Source: Felis catus (lineage: Eukaryota). Taken from it: DNA of 64,000 nucleotides. The stretch spans positions 59,150,001 through 59,214,000 of the forward strand of contig NC_058368.1 in the NCBI RefSeq assembly GCF_018350175.1, in the 5' to 3' direction. Shown piece by piece: positions 39,189-52,379 of the stretch (position 1 is the first letter of the stretch; each line of letters starts with the position of its first letter). The notes under the pieces were generated by a model, which saw only the letters and a list, made by a program, of their open reading frames with translations, did not search any database and was not told the DNA's origin. The position numbers and the translations under genes were made by a program.

Positions 39189-39495
39189 ATACACACCACA
39201 TTTTCTTTATGCATTCATCAGTCAGTGGATGCTTTGGCAGTTTCCATAATTTGGATATTGTAAATAATGCTGCTAAAAACCTAGGGGTGCATATATCACT
39301 TTGAATTATTATTTTTTGTATTTTTTGCTTAAATACCAAGTAGTGTGATTACTGGATCATAGGGTAGTTCCATTTTTAACTTTTTGAGGATCCTCAAAAC
39401 TGTTTTCTAGAGTGGCTGCACCAGTTTGCATTCCCACCAACAGTGTAGAAGGGTTCCCATCTCCACATACTCACCAACACTTGTTGTTTCTTGTG
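38620..39495 (-). mobile_element. 5'-truncated L1 3' end with an internal microsatellite
   Basis: ORF2p C-terminus translation (PFARTWMELESIM, 38788-39012), 3'UTR and T-rich tail. Confidence 0.88.
39050..39195. repeat. Compound (TA)n/(TG)n microsatellite
   Basis: Direct reading. TATAATGAAATATATATA occurs twice. Confidence 0.95.
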
Positions 39496-39599
39496 GAAAG
39501 GAGATGGGTTTTTTTTGTTTGTTTTGGGTTTTTTTTTTTGTAGTTTTGTGTTTTTGTGGTTTTGGGTTTTATGAGAGGAACATTTTGTATGCAAAGTAC

Positions 39600-42370
39600 A
39601 CAGGATGTGAATCTGTTAAGGAAAAGAGAGTAGTTTTGCCTTAAGGAGAAATGATTGGTTGTCCTAGAATGAGAGGAAAATGCGAGACAACACCTGAGTG
39701 GATATATGAAGTAGTAGAAAATTCATGGAAATGGAATTTTATTTTTCCTGGTCAAAGCTGTTTAGGATTTGATGGATTTATTTATAAGACTGTCAAAAAC
39801 AAAAGATTTTCTTTACCTTCTGACTAACCTACATAAGAGGCAAAGATTCTATGTCCTATCAGTATAATTTTCTGTGTTTATATTGACTTTACCATGTTCT
39901 TCATTATTTAAGAGAACAAGACATTACATTTTAGAAAGTTAACTTTCTTTACAATCCTGTTGTTTGCTATGTTGACTTTTTAATTTTTTTTTGTTTCTTT
40001 AGTTTAATAGACTGTCAAGTATTTTTTTCTTAGTAAGCCAGAATATTATTAACCTAGTATTTAAACCTCCTGACAAATATTAATATTTTGCTTTTTAAAT
40101 CACATCCTAAATGATATCTTTTGAACAAAAACCTGTTTTTAAGCTTTCCCAGAGGGCTCCAGAAACATCACAAAGGATTTTTTTTCACTTTGAATAAAGA
40201 GAGATGCTAGAAATAGTTTTCTTTGACATGCCACTATTGGTAGTTTTCTTGGAAAGCCTCATGAATTCAGATCTGCTGCTCAGTCTTTCTTAGATTAAGT
40301 GTGTATGAGTAAGATGTTATTGACATAAATATTTCAGAAATCTTATGCTGTAGGGGAAGTTCCTAGAGTTATGTCAATTTCCTCATTTGCCACGATATAT
40401 GTGTTTCTACTTATCAGGATCCTGTTCTGCCTTGCCTTATGTTACAAAACAACACTATAAAGTCATCAACTATAAAATCAGTTATTTTTTTTAAACATTA
40501 ACCTGATCACAACTTTACTTCTTTGAGTTTAGATTTTAAGCCAGTAGTTTTCAGTTGTGGATTCACACCACTTACGTGTGAAGTTGTATTAATATACAGG
40601 CATCTGTGTAAGACCTACTTCAGACATACTGAATCTTCCTACTTGATAATGACATAATGGTAGATTCTAACCATATCATATATTCATGGTACAGAATGTG
40701 TCAGGATTACTATATCTTACATTTAAGAATTTTTTTTTCTCTGTATGGATTATGTTTATCCATTTTCCAAAATTAGACATAATGTCCAATCTTTGAAAAT
40801 GTTTTATCATTTTTATAGATATTTTGTCTAAACCTTTTCAGATTGATTTTCTTGTGTGCCACGGAAAGAATCAAATTTCATTTTTAGTTGCATCATTCTT
40901 GTCATGAGTTCTGATCAGACCATTTACTTTTGAAAGTCACCAGTAATAATTTAATCACAACCATTTTAAGTCTTTTTTATTTATTTCCAAATATGTTTTT
41001 GCTTGTTTTGTTTTTGTTTTTGTTTTGTTTTACACTGATGGGTCCTGGTAAATACATGTAAATCAGCCTCATTCCAGAGTACTTCTTCAACAAAGAAGGA
41101 CTGTATCAGAGTCCTGTGGAATAGGAGTATGCCAGGTAGTTCTGGGTACAGCTTCTTATGTCATCACTTAAATAATTTGGAGAACATACTAGTGGACTGA
41201 GGATATCCAGAACATTAACTGAGATGGGACTATAAGAATTATAACCCAAGATCATGTGGAACAAGAGTTAATTACAAAGGAATAAATGAATAGATGGAGC
41301 ATGATTGCAGCTTTTTAAAAACTATTGTTAATACCTTAAAATTTTATTTTCTCGATACCTCTGGCTTTTCTCATAAACTATCCACAACTCATATTAGTAG
41401 TAGACTACAAATAGAAATGAAACATTTATTTTTTTCTTTCTGCCTGAACCCCTTCCAGAATTCAGGAACCTCTTGTTGATTATTATTATTTCTATGCTAA
41501 CATGGTTATTTGTATCAGTTTAATAAGAATCTGTGCTCTTTTTAAATAGTTTATAGTTGAAATAATTTAGTAAGCAGCAAAGCCTTTCCTGGGATGCCAT
41601 ATTTGAAAAAACACTTATTTGACCAGTATTACCAGAATTTAGAAAGTTAAGGCACAGCCACTGTTGGCACCTGAGGCTGACAGGCAATGGACCCAGGCTT
41701 ATGTTTGGTCCACAACGATGGGCTTTTGAAATACCCAGATGGCCAGACACTAGGGCCCTTCTCAGTTTCCTACCCAAATATAATCCACAGCTTCTGTAAT
41801 ATTACACATCATGGCAAAATAAATCTTAAATGTCCTCACAAATATCAGCCCTCATATCAAGCAGCTAACCTCAACCTGCCCCATCTAAACAAGTCCTGGT
41901 AAAATGTAACAGTAAGGCAAGGAAAAGTGCCCTAACCTTCTGGTCCCTTGTTTCATTGGCAGAAAGATCTCAATCAACTCCCAAATTCTCATGAGTCTGA
42001 ATATGTTTTGGCCAACATGGCCTGAATATTTGTTTCCATTAGTTTGACTAAACAATGGGTAAGTTTCTTCTTGACTTTAGTTCTCTGAACTCTAATTTCC
42101 TAAAGGATTTACTTTAGAAATCTTCCAAGTGTACATTTTTTTCTGCCTCCTTTGAGGTATAAAATATCTCCCAGCCCTTGAAAGTTTTATAACCTGGGAA
42201 TGTATTTTTTGAGGGATAGGGTGCCATCTCTTTGAAATGTAATTGTCACTGAAGAATCATCAAGAAAAACAACACCCATGTCTCTCAGTTTCTATCAGTG
42301 AGGAGGCTAACTCTGAATAGCAAACATGATGTCCAATCACATTAACCCACTTTCCCTCTTACATCCTCCA
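39600..42370 (+). mobile_element. Degraded ERV1 internal fragments plus partial LTR (MER34/MER39-group-like; LTR part about 42000-42370)
   Basis: LTR-like CCATCTCTTTGAAATGTAAT..ATCATCAAGAAAA..TCTCAGTTTCT. Upstream sequence resembles MER4-group non-coding internal DNA. Boundaries are uncertain and it may be interrupted around 40540-40850. Confidence 0.5.
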
Positions 42371-42399
42371 GTATTTCTTTAAGTGGTGTTTCTGGAATT

Positions 42400-42817
42400 T
42401 GTCTATCAGGTTTTAATTAAGACCACCTTCAAATCACACTATATGGTTTCTTATATAGTGCAGGATCCATATTTTAAAGTATGTTTAATTCCTCTTTCCT
42501 ATTTTTTATGGTATTGCTGTTGTTAATTTCACTTAGCTATATGCTATATACACCAAATTTATCAGTAAATATTTTTTCATCCTGAAATTTCAAAAAATAA
42601 TTTTATATTAACTTCATATATTCCTTCTCCAGTATTCTTGCTTTCTTTATGGACTCTCCAGTTTTTGACCTATATCATTTTACTTCTCCCTTGAGACCTT
42701 CTAACATTTTTTTGAAGGGCAGTTTTGTGAATGATAAATTTCCTTAGTTTCTGCTTGTCTGCAAAGTCTTTATCTCTCCTTAATCTTTGGAGGATTTTTT
42801 TCTGAATATAGAATACA

Positions 42818-42818
<1 letters not shown>
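42400..42818 (-). mobile_element. Old L1M ORF1 C-terminal fragment
   Basis: Translation DKDFADKQKLRKFIIHKTALQK. Confidence 0.6.

Positions 42819-42863
<45 letters not shown>
42819..42863. repeat. (TG)n microsatellite
   Basis: Direct reading. Confidence 0.96.
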
Positions 42864-42865
<2 letters not shown>

Positions 42866-43475
42866 ACCATTCCTTGTTTCTACCTCCTAAATCCTTCAAG
42901 AAAACCACATCATCTTCTTATTTACTGCTCAGTCTTCTTAGATACAGATTCATCTAATTTAATGAAGTTATTATGTTTAATTAAGATCCAATTTTTTTGC
43001 AGTAAGAGGCTCCCAACCAACTTCCACTACATTTTGGTCTGACATATTGCCTAAAGTAAATTTCCAACTGTGCTATTTCAATATTAGATAACACATATTT
43101 TAGACTTCATGGCATGTCTTTACTAAATCTTTTGCTCAATAACCAGGTAGAGTTCATACAGTAAGTTTAGGGATCTATACCATCATCCATTTTCTTTCCA
43201 AGAATAGAATCTGAGATGGTTTGTGAATTAGCAGTGACTCTTTGTTTTATTCTTATGTTAGATAACTGTTAATTGAAATTAAATTGTTAAATTGTTTGAA
43301 CATTGAATTGTACACTTCTTAAAATTCTCTGTGAAGTAATTAAATCTTGAGAAATAAATTCTAACAAAGATTGTTAAAAATATGTTGGAATTTTTCTCAA
43401 CTTAAATGTATAGTATTTAGATGTGAACTGTGTTTTTGCTTTAGTATATACCTATGATGACTTTACTCAGTTTTC

Positions 43476-43899
43476 TGTACAAGATTAATTTTCATCCTCT
43501 TCAGACTTTTTTGACTACTAGCAGGCTGACCTTTGGATATTTTGTCCATTGGTTGTAGTATGGGTGAAAAGATAGGGTGAGAGAGACAACTTAGTATATA
43601 TTCCACCTGCTTTATCCATGTGGGGCCACTGTTTTGTCAATGGCTACGTTTTCTATAACCACAGTGACATTTGGGTGGCCCCACTTCCATGGCTGTAACT
43701 CTTACTAACCTCAGATAAAAGTGGTCTCTTCTATGCAAAGCTAAGTATAGTAATAGCTTCTAGTTACTGCTAGTCCCTGGAGGTTTCACTATTCATTCTA
43801 GTTCCTCTCTACATGTACCACGATGAACAGCAAATTCATTGTTAACTTTAAATACACTTTTATTGTGTCATCTATTTCCTTTTAGACCTGACAAGATAA
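43476..43899 (+). mobile_element. Old ERVL solo LTR (LTR33-like)
   Basis: GTAATAGCTTCTAGTTACTGCTAGTCCCTGG..TTCACTAT and terminal TGTGTCATCTATTTCCT..GACCTGACAAGATA resemble LTR33. Confidence 0.55.
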
Positions 43900-44211
43900 A
43901 AACATAGATTAGATAAATTTTTAGTAAGACTAAATCAGACTAGTGTAATATTTTATTAATTGTATGTTGTTAAGTGATAGGAAGGAGTTGAGTAAATCAT
44001 TATTAATATTTTCTTTCTACTCGGAATATTTTCAGGAAATTTGACAATGACAGTCATCCTACTCTTATCTTTCCTTTCTCCTAAGCTATTTCAAAACTAG
44101 CTAAAATTGAAGGAATGAAGTATGGTATTCTGAATCTAGAAACATGTATGGACTGCTGTAGTGGGTTTTACATTGATTACACTAGTATGGAATTGGAAAC
44201 AAAGGAACTTA

Positions 44212-44349
44212 GGGGCACCTGGGTGGCTCAGTTGGTTAAGCGCCAGACTTTGGCTCAGGTCATGATCTCACAGTTTGTGGGTTCGAGCCCCACGTCAGCC
44301 TGCTTTGATTCTGTGTCTCCCTCTCTCTCTGCCCCTCCCCTGACTGTGT

Positions 44350-44403
<54 letters not shown>

Positions 44404-44440
44404 AAATAAATAAACATTAAAAATTTTTAAAAAAGAAAGA
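44212..44440 (+). mobile_element. CAN-SINE with internal deletion and long (CT)n
   Basis: GGGGCACCTGGGTGGCTCAG head. Lacks the segment after CACGTC. Confidence 0.9.
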
Positions 44441-45204
44441 AACATAGACTCTATCTAATTAAGACATATGGGGTTCTGGCACAGCTGAGATAGTCCATAA
44501 AGGGCTTTTAATAAACAACTATTTCAGTATAAGTCACATCTTTCCTGTGAAGAATTCTCAATTTATGAGAATCTTCTACTATAAAGGTGTGCGTCAAGAA
44601 GTAGAAAGCAAGGACGTGATTACCATTTGTTATTTGTTTTTGTGTATACACATATAATACAATTTTTCTCTTTCTCTTAAAGCACTAAATTACATTGTTC
44701 AATGAATCTGGAGAATAAAAAGTTTAAAGGCTGTAGATATATGAAGTTACCTAGCAAGTGTGTCTAAAGTTTAATGCATGAAACAATGGCTATGATTCAT
44801 TATAGTGATGAGATATTTGAAATATATTGTACATTTTCTTCACATAGAACAATTATTTAAAACCTCAGAAACAATAAGTTTTGTTGATTCCCAGTGCTTT
44901 ATTTCATCACAGCATCAAAATAATAGCACTTAGTCTCTGACATAAATCAATAAAAAGAAATTACTCATTGACCCCAATTGGTAATGCATGATTCTAGTGG
45001 ACTGTGCAATAATTTGGCAAATTAGAAAAGTTATAGTGGCATGAAAGCTTAAAGAATTAATTACCAAAACTATAATTTATAAAAATACATATAGTGCTAA
45101 TCTCTATTTACTTAATGTGACTAAATTATCATATAAAAATATAATTTCCTATAGGGCCTCTGTATTTGCAGGTTTATAATATGTTTTCATTTTCAGATAT
45201 TTTC

Positions 45205-45433
45205 TTTTTTTTTTAATTTTTTTTCAACGTTTTTTTAATTTTATTTTTGGGACAGAGAGAGACAGAGCATGAACAGGGGAGGGGCAGAGAGAGAGGGAGA
45301 CACAGAATCGGAAACAGGCTCCAGGCTCTGAGCCATCAGCCCAGAGCCCGACGCGGGGCTCGAACTCACGGACCGCGAGATCGTGACCTGGCTGAAGTCG
45401 GACGCTTAACCGACTGCGCCACCCAGGCGCCCC
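45205..45433 (-). mobile_element. Very young SINEC_Fc-type SINE
   Basis: Perfect TSD ATTTTCAGATATTTTC at 45189-45204 and 45435-45450. CpG-rich. Confidence 0.96.
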
Positions 45434-46540
45434 AATTTTCAGATATTTTCAATATACCCTGAACCAATCTTCTCTTGTTTCCTATGTAGGTGATGGCATT
45501 TCTTAATATGATCTTTTACTTTTACATTTAGTAGGTTAAATGTCATAGTCATAGATGTGTGTTGTCACTTTCTCTAAATGAAATTCAGCAGCAGCAGTTA
45601 TTTCCAAATGGCATTGACCAAATGCCAGAAATTCATGAAAGAGAAGAGGTAAATGAAGAAATAAAAATAGGACAAGGGGAATTGATAAGGGAGCATGTCA
45701 TACCCATCTTACGATTTTTGGCAAATGTAGATGTCACACTCGATCTCTGCCCATGGAAAATTGAATTTTCTTTTCTTAACAAAATTCTAATCTTTATATT
45801 TTCTCACTTTTGCATTTTTTCCTTTTAATTCTCTTTTCTCTTTTACTAATAAAATGTCTTCAAAACCTTCAACCCAATCCTCCAAAAAATTGCCACTTTC
45901 TAAGGCATTATTCTGCTAACTGTGCTCAATGTTCTCCCTGATATTTCTGTCCCACAGAGAATTCTCCAGGGACTCCAGTTGAGACTCATACTCCCATATT
46001 TGAAAACTTGTTACACTTGTATGGAGCTTAAAAACTTTCACAGCATAATTCTCTTTCTTAGAACTTTCTTTTTCTACAACTTTGTTTTTATGGCACTTCA
46101 TTATTATTGCCTTTCTCTCCGATTTCCTTTCTGTGAAATCACTTAACAGTTGTTTCTGTTTTAATTTAAAGTGCAATATATTTCTTTAAAGTCACTTTTG
46201 TTTTACACATCATTGAATGAAAGCCACAATAAATAAGATAGCCATACTAGAGACTTTAAGTTTGAACATGTGGAAAATACCATGTATTTTAGTTCTTAAT
46301 TCAATACCTCAACTAGAATGAAGCAGCTTATGTAATGGGTTTTCCATTCTCCTTTGGGGATATTTATATAATGCCAGACTATGGGATCTGAAATAAGAGC
46401 CTTCAGACTATTCAAAGTAGCTGATGACTGAATGTATTCTCCAGGAATTACTAAAGACTCATCCTATGTAGTTTTGTTTAAGGAACAAATTACATTTCTT
46501 CTTCAAAAACGGAATGTGAGAATGTATCTAAAAAATGTCT

Positions 46541-46738
46541 GGGATGCCTGGGTGACTCAGTTAAGTGTAGGACTCTTGATTTTGGCTCATGTCATGAACT
46601 CATGGTCACGGCTTCAAACCCTACATCAGGCTCTGCATTCTCTCTGCCCCTCCCACGCTCTCTCTCTTTCTCGCTCTCTCTGTCTTTCTCTTTCTCTCTC
46701 TTTCTCAAACAAAACAAAACAATACCTAGACTAAAAAA
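46541..46738 (+). mobile_element. CAN-SINE (degraded)
   Basis: GGGATGCCTGGGTGACTCAG head, (CT)n, A-rich tail. Confidence 0.8.
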
Positions 46739-47312
46739 AACTGGCTATATTATGAAAGATACTTTTACTTATGCTTTCACGAATATGCATAAAATTACAT
46801 GTAACCAGCAATTAATTCCACAAATACTTATGTCTCATAGATTAGTAATAAATGTTCCATAATCAACAATATTAAGTAGTGTTCTTTCCACAGAAGGAAA
46901 GATGAAAAATAAAGAAGACATGATATAAGATTTTAGTTATTTAAATTGCCAGAGCTTCTTTTGGTGAAATTTTTTTTTTCCACAAAAACATTAGCCTTTG
47001 GTCACACACATATGCTTCTACTTTGATGTTGGAGAATGCCTACATAAGTCACACTGGTTTTTTTTGTTTGTTTGTTTTGTTTTTATTTTTTAATACATGA
47101 AATTTATTGTCAAATTGGTCTCCATACAACACCCAGTGCTCATCCCAAAAGGTGCCCTCCTCAATACCCATCACCCACCCTCCCCTCCCTCCCACCCCCC
47201 ATCAACCCTCAGTTTGTTCTCAGTTTTTAACAGTCTCTTATGCTTTGGCTCTCTCCCACTCTAACCTCTTTTTTTTTTCCTTCCCCTCCCCCATGGGTTT
47301 CTGTTAAGTTTC

Positions 47313-50300
47313 TCAGGATCCACATAAGAGTGAAACCATATGGTATCTGTCTTTCTCTGTATGGCTTATTTCACTTAGCATCACACTCTCCAGTTCCATC
47401 CACGTTGCTACAAAAGGCCATATTTCACTTTTTCTCATTGCCACATAGTATTCCCTTGTGTATATGAACCACAATTTCTTTATCCATTCATCAGTGGATG
47501 GACATTTAGGCTCTTTCCATAATTTGGCTGTTGTTGAGAGTGCTGCTATAAACATTGGGGTACAAGTGCCCCTATGCATCAGTACTCCTGTATCCCTTGG
47601 ATAAATTCCTAGCAGTGCTATTGCTGGGTCATAGGGTATTTTTAATTTTCTGAGGAACCTCCACACTGCTTTCCAGAGCAGCTGCACCAATTTGCATTCC
47701 CACCAACAGTGCAAGAGGGCTCCCGTTTCTCCACATCCTCTCCAGCATCTATAGTCTCCTGATTTGTTCATTTTGGCCACTCTGACTGGCGTGAGGTGAT
47801 ATCTGAGTGTGGTTTTGATTTGTATTTCCCTGATGAGGAGCGACGTTGAACATCTTTTCATGTGCCTGTTGGCCATCCGGATGTCTTCTTTAGAGAAGTG
47901 TCTATTCATGTTTTCTGCCCATTTCTTCACTGGGTTATTTGTTTTTCGGGTGTGGAGTTTGGGGAGCTCTTTATAGATTTTGGATACTAGCCCTTTGTCC
48001 GATATGTCATTTGCAAATATCTTTTCCCATTCTGTTGGTTGCCTTTTGGTTTTGTTGGTTGTTTCCTTTGCTGTGCAGAAGCTTTTCATCTTCATAAGGT
48101 CCCAGTAATTCACTTTTGCTTTTAATTCCCTTGCCTTTGGGGATGTGTCGAGTAAGAGATTGCTACGGCTGAGGTCAGAGAGGTCTTTTCCTGCTTTCTT
48201 CTCTAAGGTTTTGATGGTTTCCTGTCTCACGTTCAGGTCCTTTATCCATTTTGAGTTTATTTTTGTGAATGGTGTGAGAAAGTGGTCTAGTTTCAACCTT
48301 CTGCATGTTGCTGTCCAGTTCTCCCAGCACCATTTGTTAAAGAGGCTGTCTTTTTTCCATTGGATGTTCTTTCCTGCTTTGTCAAAGATGAGTTGGCCAT
48401 ACGTTTGTGGGTCTAGTTCTGGGGTTTCTATTCTATTCCATTGGTCTATGTGTCTGTTTTTGTGCCAATACCATGCTGTCTTGATGATGACAGCTTTGTA
48501 GTAGAGGCTAAAGTCTGGGATTGTGATGCCTCCTGCTTTGGTCTTCTTCTCCAAAATTCCTTTGGCTATTCGGGGCCTTTTGTGGTTCCATATGAATTTT
48601 AGGATTGCTTGTTCCAGTTTCGAGAAGAATGCTGGTGCAATTTTGATTGGGATTGCATTGAATGTGTAGATAGCTTTGGGTAGTGTTGACATTTTGACAA
48701 TATTTATTCTTCCAATCCATGAGCAGGGAATGTCTTTCCATTTCTTTATATCTTCTTCAATTACCTTCATAAGCTTTCTATAGTTTTCAGCATACAGATC
48801 TTTTACATCTTTGGTTAGATGTATTCCTAGGTATTTTATGCTTCTTGGTGCAATTGTGAATGGGATCAGTTTCTTTATTTGTCTTTCTGTTGCTTCATTT
48901 TTAGTGTATAAGAATGCAACTGATTTCTGTACATTGATTTTGTATCCTGCAACTTTGCTGAATTCATGTATCAGTTCTAGCAGACTTTTGGTGGAGTCTG
49001 TCGGATTTTCCATGTATAATATCATGTCATCTGCAAAAAGCGAACGCTTGACTTCATCTTTGCCAATTTTGATGCCTTTGATTTCCTTTTGTTGTCTGAT
49101 TGCTGATGCTAGAACTTCCAGCACTATGTTAAACAGCAGCGGTGAGAGTGGGCATCCCTGTCGTGTTCCTGATCTCAGGGAAAAAGCTCTCAGTTTTTCC
49201 CTGTTGAGGATGATGTTAGCTGTGGGCTCTTCATAAATGGCTTTTATGATCTTTAAGTATGTTCCTTCTATCCCGACTTTCTCAAGGGTTTTTATTAAGA
49301 AAGGGTGATGGATTTTGTCAAAGGCCTTTTCTGCATCGATTGACAGGATCATATGGTTCTTCTCTCTTTTTGTGTTAATGTGATGTATCACATTGATTGA
49401 TTTGCGAATGTTGAACCAGCCCTGCATCCCAGGAATGAATCCCACTTGATCATGGTGAATAATTCTTTTTATATGCTGTTGAATTCGATTTGCTAGTAGC
49501 TTATTGAGAATTTTTGCATCCATATTCATCAGGGATATTGGCCTGTAGTTCTCTTTTTTTACTGGGTCTCTGTCTGGTTTAGGAATCAAAGTAATACTGG
49601 CTTCATAGAATGAGTCTGGAAGTTTTCCTTCCCTTTCTATTTCTTGGAATAGCTTGAGAAGGACAGGTATTATCTCTGCTTTAAACGTCTGGTAGAACTC
49701 CCCTGGGAAGCCATCTGGTCCTGGACTCTTATTTGTTGGGAGATTTTTGATAACTGATTCAATTTCTTCGCTGGTGATGGGTCTGTTCAAGCTTTCTATT
49801 TCCTCCTGATTGAGTTTTGGAAGAGTGTGGGTGTTCAGGAATTTGTCCATTTCTTCCAGGTTGTCCAATTTGTTGGCATATAATTTTTCATAGTATTCCC
49901 TGATAATTGTTTGTATCTCTGAGGGATTGGTTGTAGTAATTCTATTTTCATTCATGATTTTATCTATTTGGGTCATCTCGCTTTTCTTTCTGAGAAGCCT
50001 GGCTAGGGGGTTGTCAATTTTGTTTATTTTTTCAAAAAACCAACTCTTGGTTTCGTTGATCTGCTCTACAGTTTTTTTAGATTCTATATTATTTATTTCT
50101 GCTCTAATCTTTATTATTTCTCTTCTTCTGCTGGGTTTAGGCTGCCTTTGCTGTTCTACTTCTAGTTCCTTTAGGTGTGCTGTTAGATTTTGTATTTGGG
50201 ATTTTTCTTGTTTCTTGAGATAGGCCTGGATTGCAATGTATTTTCCTTTCAGGACTGCCTTCGCTGCGTCCCAAAGTGTTTGGATTGTTGTCTTTTCATT

Positions 50301-51132
50301 TTCGTTTGTTTCCATATATTTTTTAATTTCTTCTCTAATTGCCTGGTTGACCCACTCATTCGTTAGTAGGGTGTTCTTTAACCTCCATGCTTTTGGAGGT
50401 TTTCCAGACTTTTTTCTGTGGTTGATTTCAAGCTTCATAGCATTGTGGTCTGAAAGTATGCATGGTATAATTTCAATTCTTGTAAACTTATGAAGGGCTG
50501 TTTTGTGACCCAGATTGTGATCTATCTTGGAGAATGTACCATGTGCACTCGAGAAGAAAGTATATTCTGTTGCTTTGGGATGCAGAGTTCTAAATATATC
50601 TGTCAAGTCCAGTTGATCCAATGTCTCATTCAGGGCCCTTGTTTCTTTATTGACCGTGTGTCTAGATGATCTATCCATTTCTGTAAGTGGGTGTTAAAGT
50701 CCCCTGCAATTACCACATTCTTATCAATAAGGTTGCTTATGTTTATCAGTAATTGTTTTATATATTTGGGGGCTCCGGTATTCGGCGCATAGATATTTAT
50801 AATTGTTAGCTCTTCCTGATGGATAGACCCTGTACTTATTGTAAAATGCCCTTCTTCATCTCTTTTTACAGCCTTTAATTTAAAGTCTAGTTTGTCTGAT
50901 ATAAGTATGGCTACTCCAGCTTTCTTTTGGCTTCCAGTAGCATGATAAATAGTTCTCCATCCCCTCACTCTCAATCTAAAGGTGTCCTCAGGTCTAAAAT
51001 GAGTCTCTTGTAGACAGCAAATAGATGGGTCTTGTTTTTTTTTATCCATTCTGATACCCTATGTCTTTTGGTTGGCGCATTTAATCCATTTACATTCAGT
51101 GTTATTATAGAAAGATACGGGTTTAGAGTCAT
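47313..51132 (-). pseudogene. L1 ORF2p (APE endonuclease, reverse transcriptase, C-terminal CCHC), with two frameshifts near the N-terminus
   Basis: ATG at 51132 (MTLNPYLSIITLNVNGLN). Endonuclease motifs QETH, NIYAP, GDFN, KIDH, SDH; RT motifs [10 protein letters not shown] and LFADD; CWRGC..HCWWEC. Frameshifts in the T9 run 51035-51043 and the G3 run near 50690. 50678-47313 is open for 1121 aa. Confidence 0.97.
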
Positions 51133-51182
51133 TGTGATGTCTGTATGTTTTCTGCTTGTAGTGATGTCTCTGGGACTTTGTC

Positions 51183-52073
51183 TCACAGGGTCCCCCTTAG
51201 GATCTCTTGTAGGCCTGGTTTAGTGGTGACAAATTCCTTCAGTTTTTGTTTGTTTGGGAAAACCTTTATCTCTCCTTCTATTCTAAATGACAGACTTGCT
51301 GGATAAAGGATTCTCGGCTGCATATTTTTTCTGTTTAGCACACTGAAGATATCATGCCAATTCTTTCTGGCCTGCCAAGTCAAAAGAGAGATCAGTCACG
51401 AGTCTTATAGGTCTCCCTTTATATGTGAGGGCACGTTTACCCCTTGCTGCTTTCAGAATTTTCTCTTTATCCTTGTATTTTGCCAGTTTCACTATGATAT
51501 GTCGTGCAGAAGATCGATTCAAGTTACGTCTGAAGGGAGTTCTCTGTGCCCTTGGATTTCAATGCCTTTTTCCTTCCCCAGCTCAGGGAAGTTCTCAGCT
51601 ATAATTTCTTCAAATACCCCTTCAGCACCTTTCCCTCTCTCTTCCTCCTCTGGGATACCAATTATGCGTATATTATTTCTTTTTAGTGTATCACTTAGTT
51701 CTCTAATTTTCCCCTCATACTCCTGGATTTTTTTATCTCTCTTTTTCTCAGCTTCCTCTTTTTCCATAACTTTATCTTCTAGTTCACCTATTCTCTCCTC
51801 TGCCTCTTCAATCCGAGCTGTCGTCGTTTCCATTTTGTTTTGCATTTTGTTTAAAGTGCTTTTCAGCTCCTCATGACTGTTCCTTAGTTCCTTGATCTCT
51901 GTAGCAAGAGATTCTCTGCTGTCCTCTATTCTGTTTTCAAGCCCAGCAATTAATTTTATGACTATTATTCTAAATTCACTTTCTGTTATATTATTTAAAT
52001 CCTTTTTGATCAGCTCATTAGCTGTTGTTATTTCCTGGAGATTCTTCTGAGGGGAATTCTTCCGCTTGGTCAT
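51183..52073 (-). pseudogene. L1 ORF1p (coiled coil, RRM, CTD), frameshifted
   Basis: ATG at 52073 (MTKRKNSPQKN), then KRNNIRIIGIPE and ENFPEL. Frameshifts near 51552 and near 51380. C-terminal NMQPRILYPASLSF...ILRGTL ends at 51183. Confidence 0.93.
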
Positions 52074-52379
52074 TTTGGATAGTCCCTGGAGTTGTGAGGA
52101 CCTGCAGGGCACTTCCCCTGTGCTGTGGTGTATAACTGGAGTTGGTGGGCGGGGCCACAGTCCGACCTGATGTCTGCCCCAGCCCACTGCTGGGGCCACA
52201 GTCAGACTGATGTGTGCCTTCTGTTCCCCTCTCCTAGGGGCGGGATTCACTGTGGGGTGGTGTGGCCCGTCTGAGCTACTTGCACACTGCCAGGCTTGTG
52301 ATGCTGGGGATCTGGCATATTAGCTGGGATGGGTAGGCAAGGTGCACGGGGGCAGGAGGGGCAGGCTTAGCTCCCTTCT

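Noticed and set aside
38982..39339. HT/YI/CV-repeat ORFs (also 7242, 42670, 55751)
   Set aside because: Dinucleotide microsatellite read-throughs.
40542..40660. Possible MER5-like hAT fragment
   Set aside because: Similarity too weak to call by eye.
48145..50493. Several + strand ORFs of 85-141 aa
   Set aside because: Antisense shadows of L1 ORF2 caused by codon bias.
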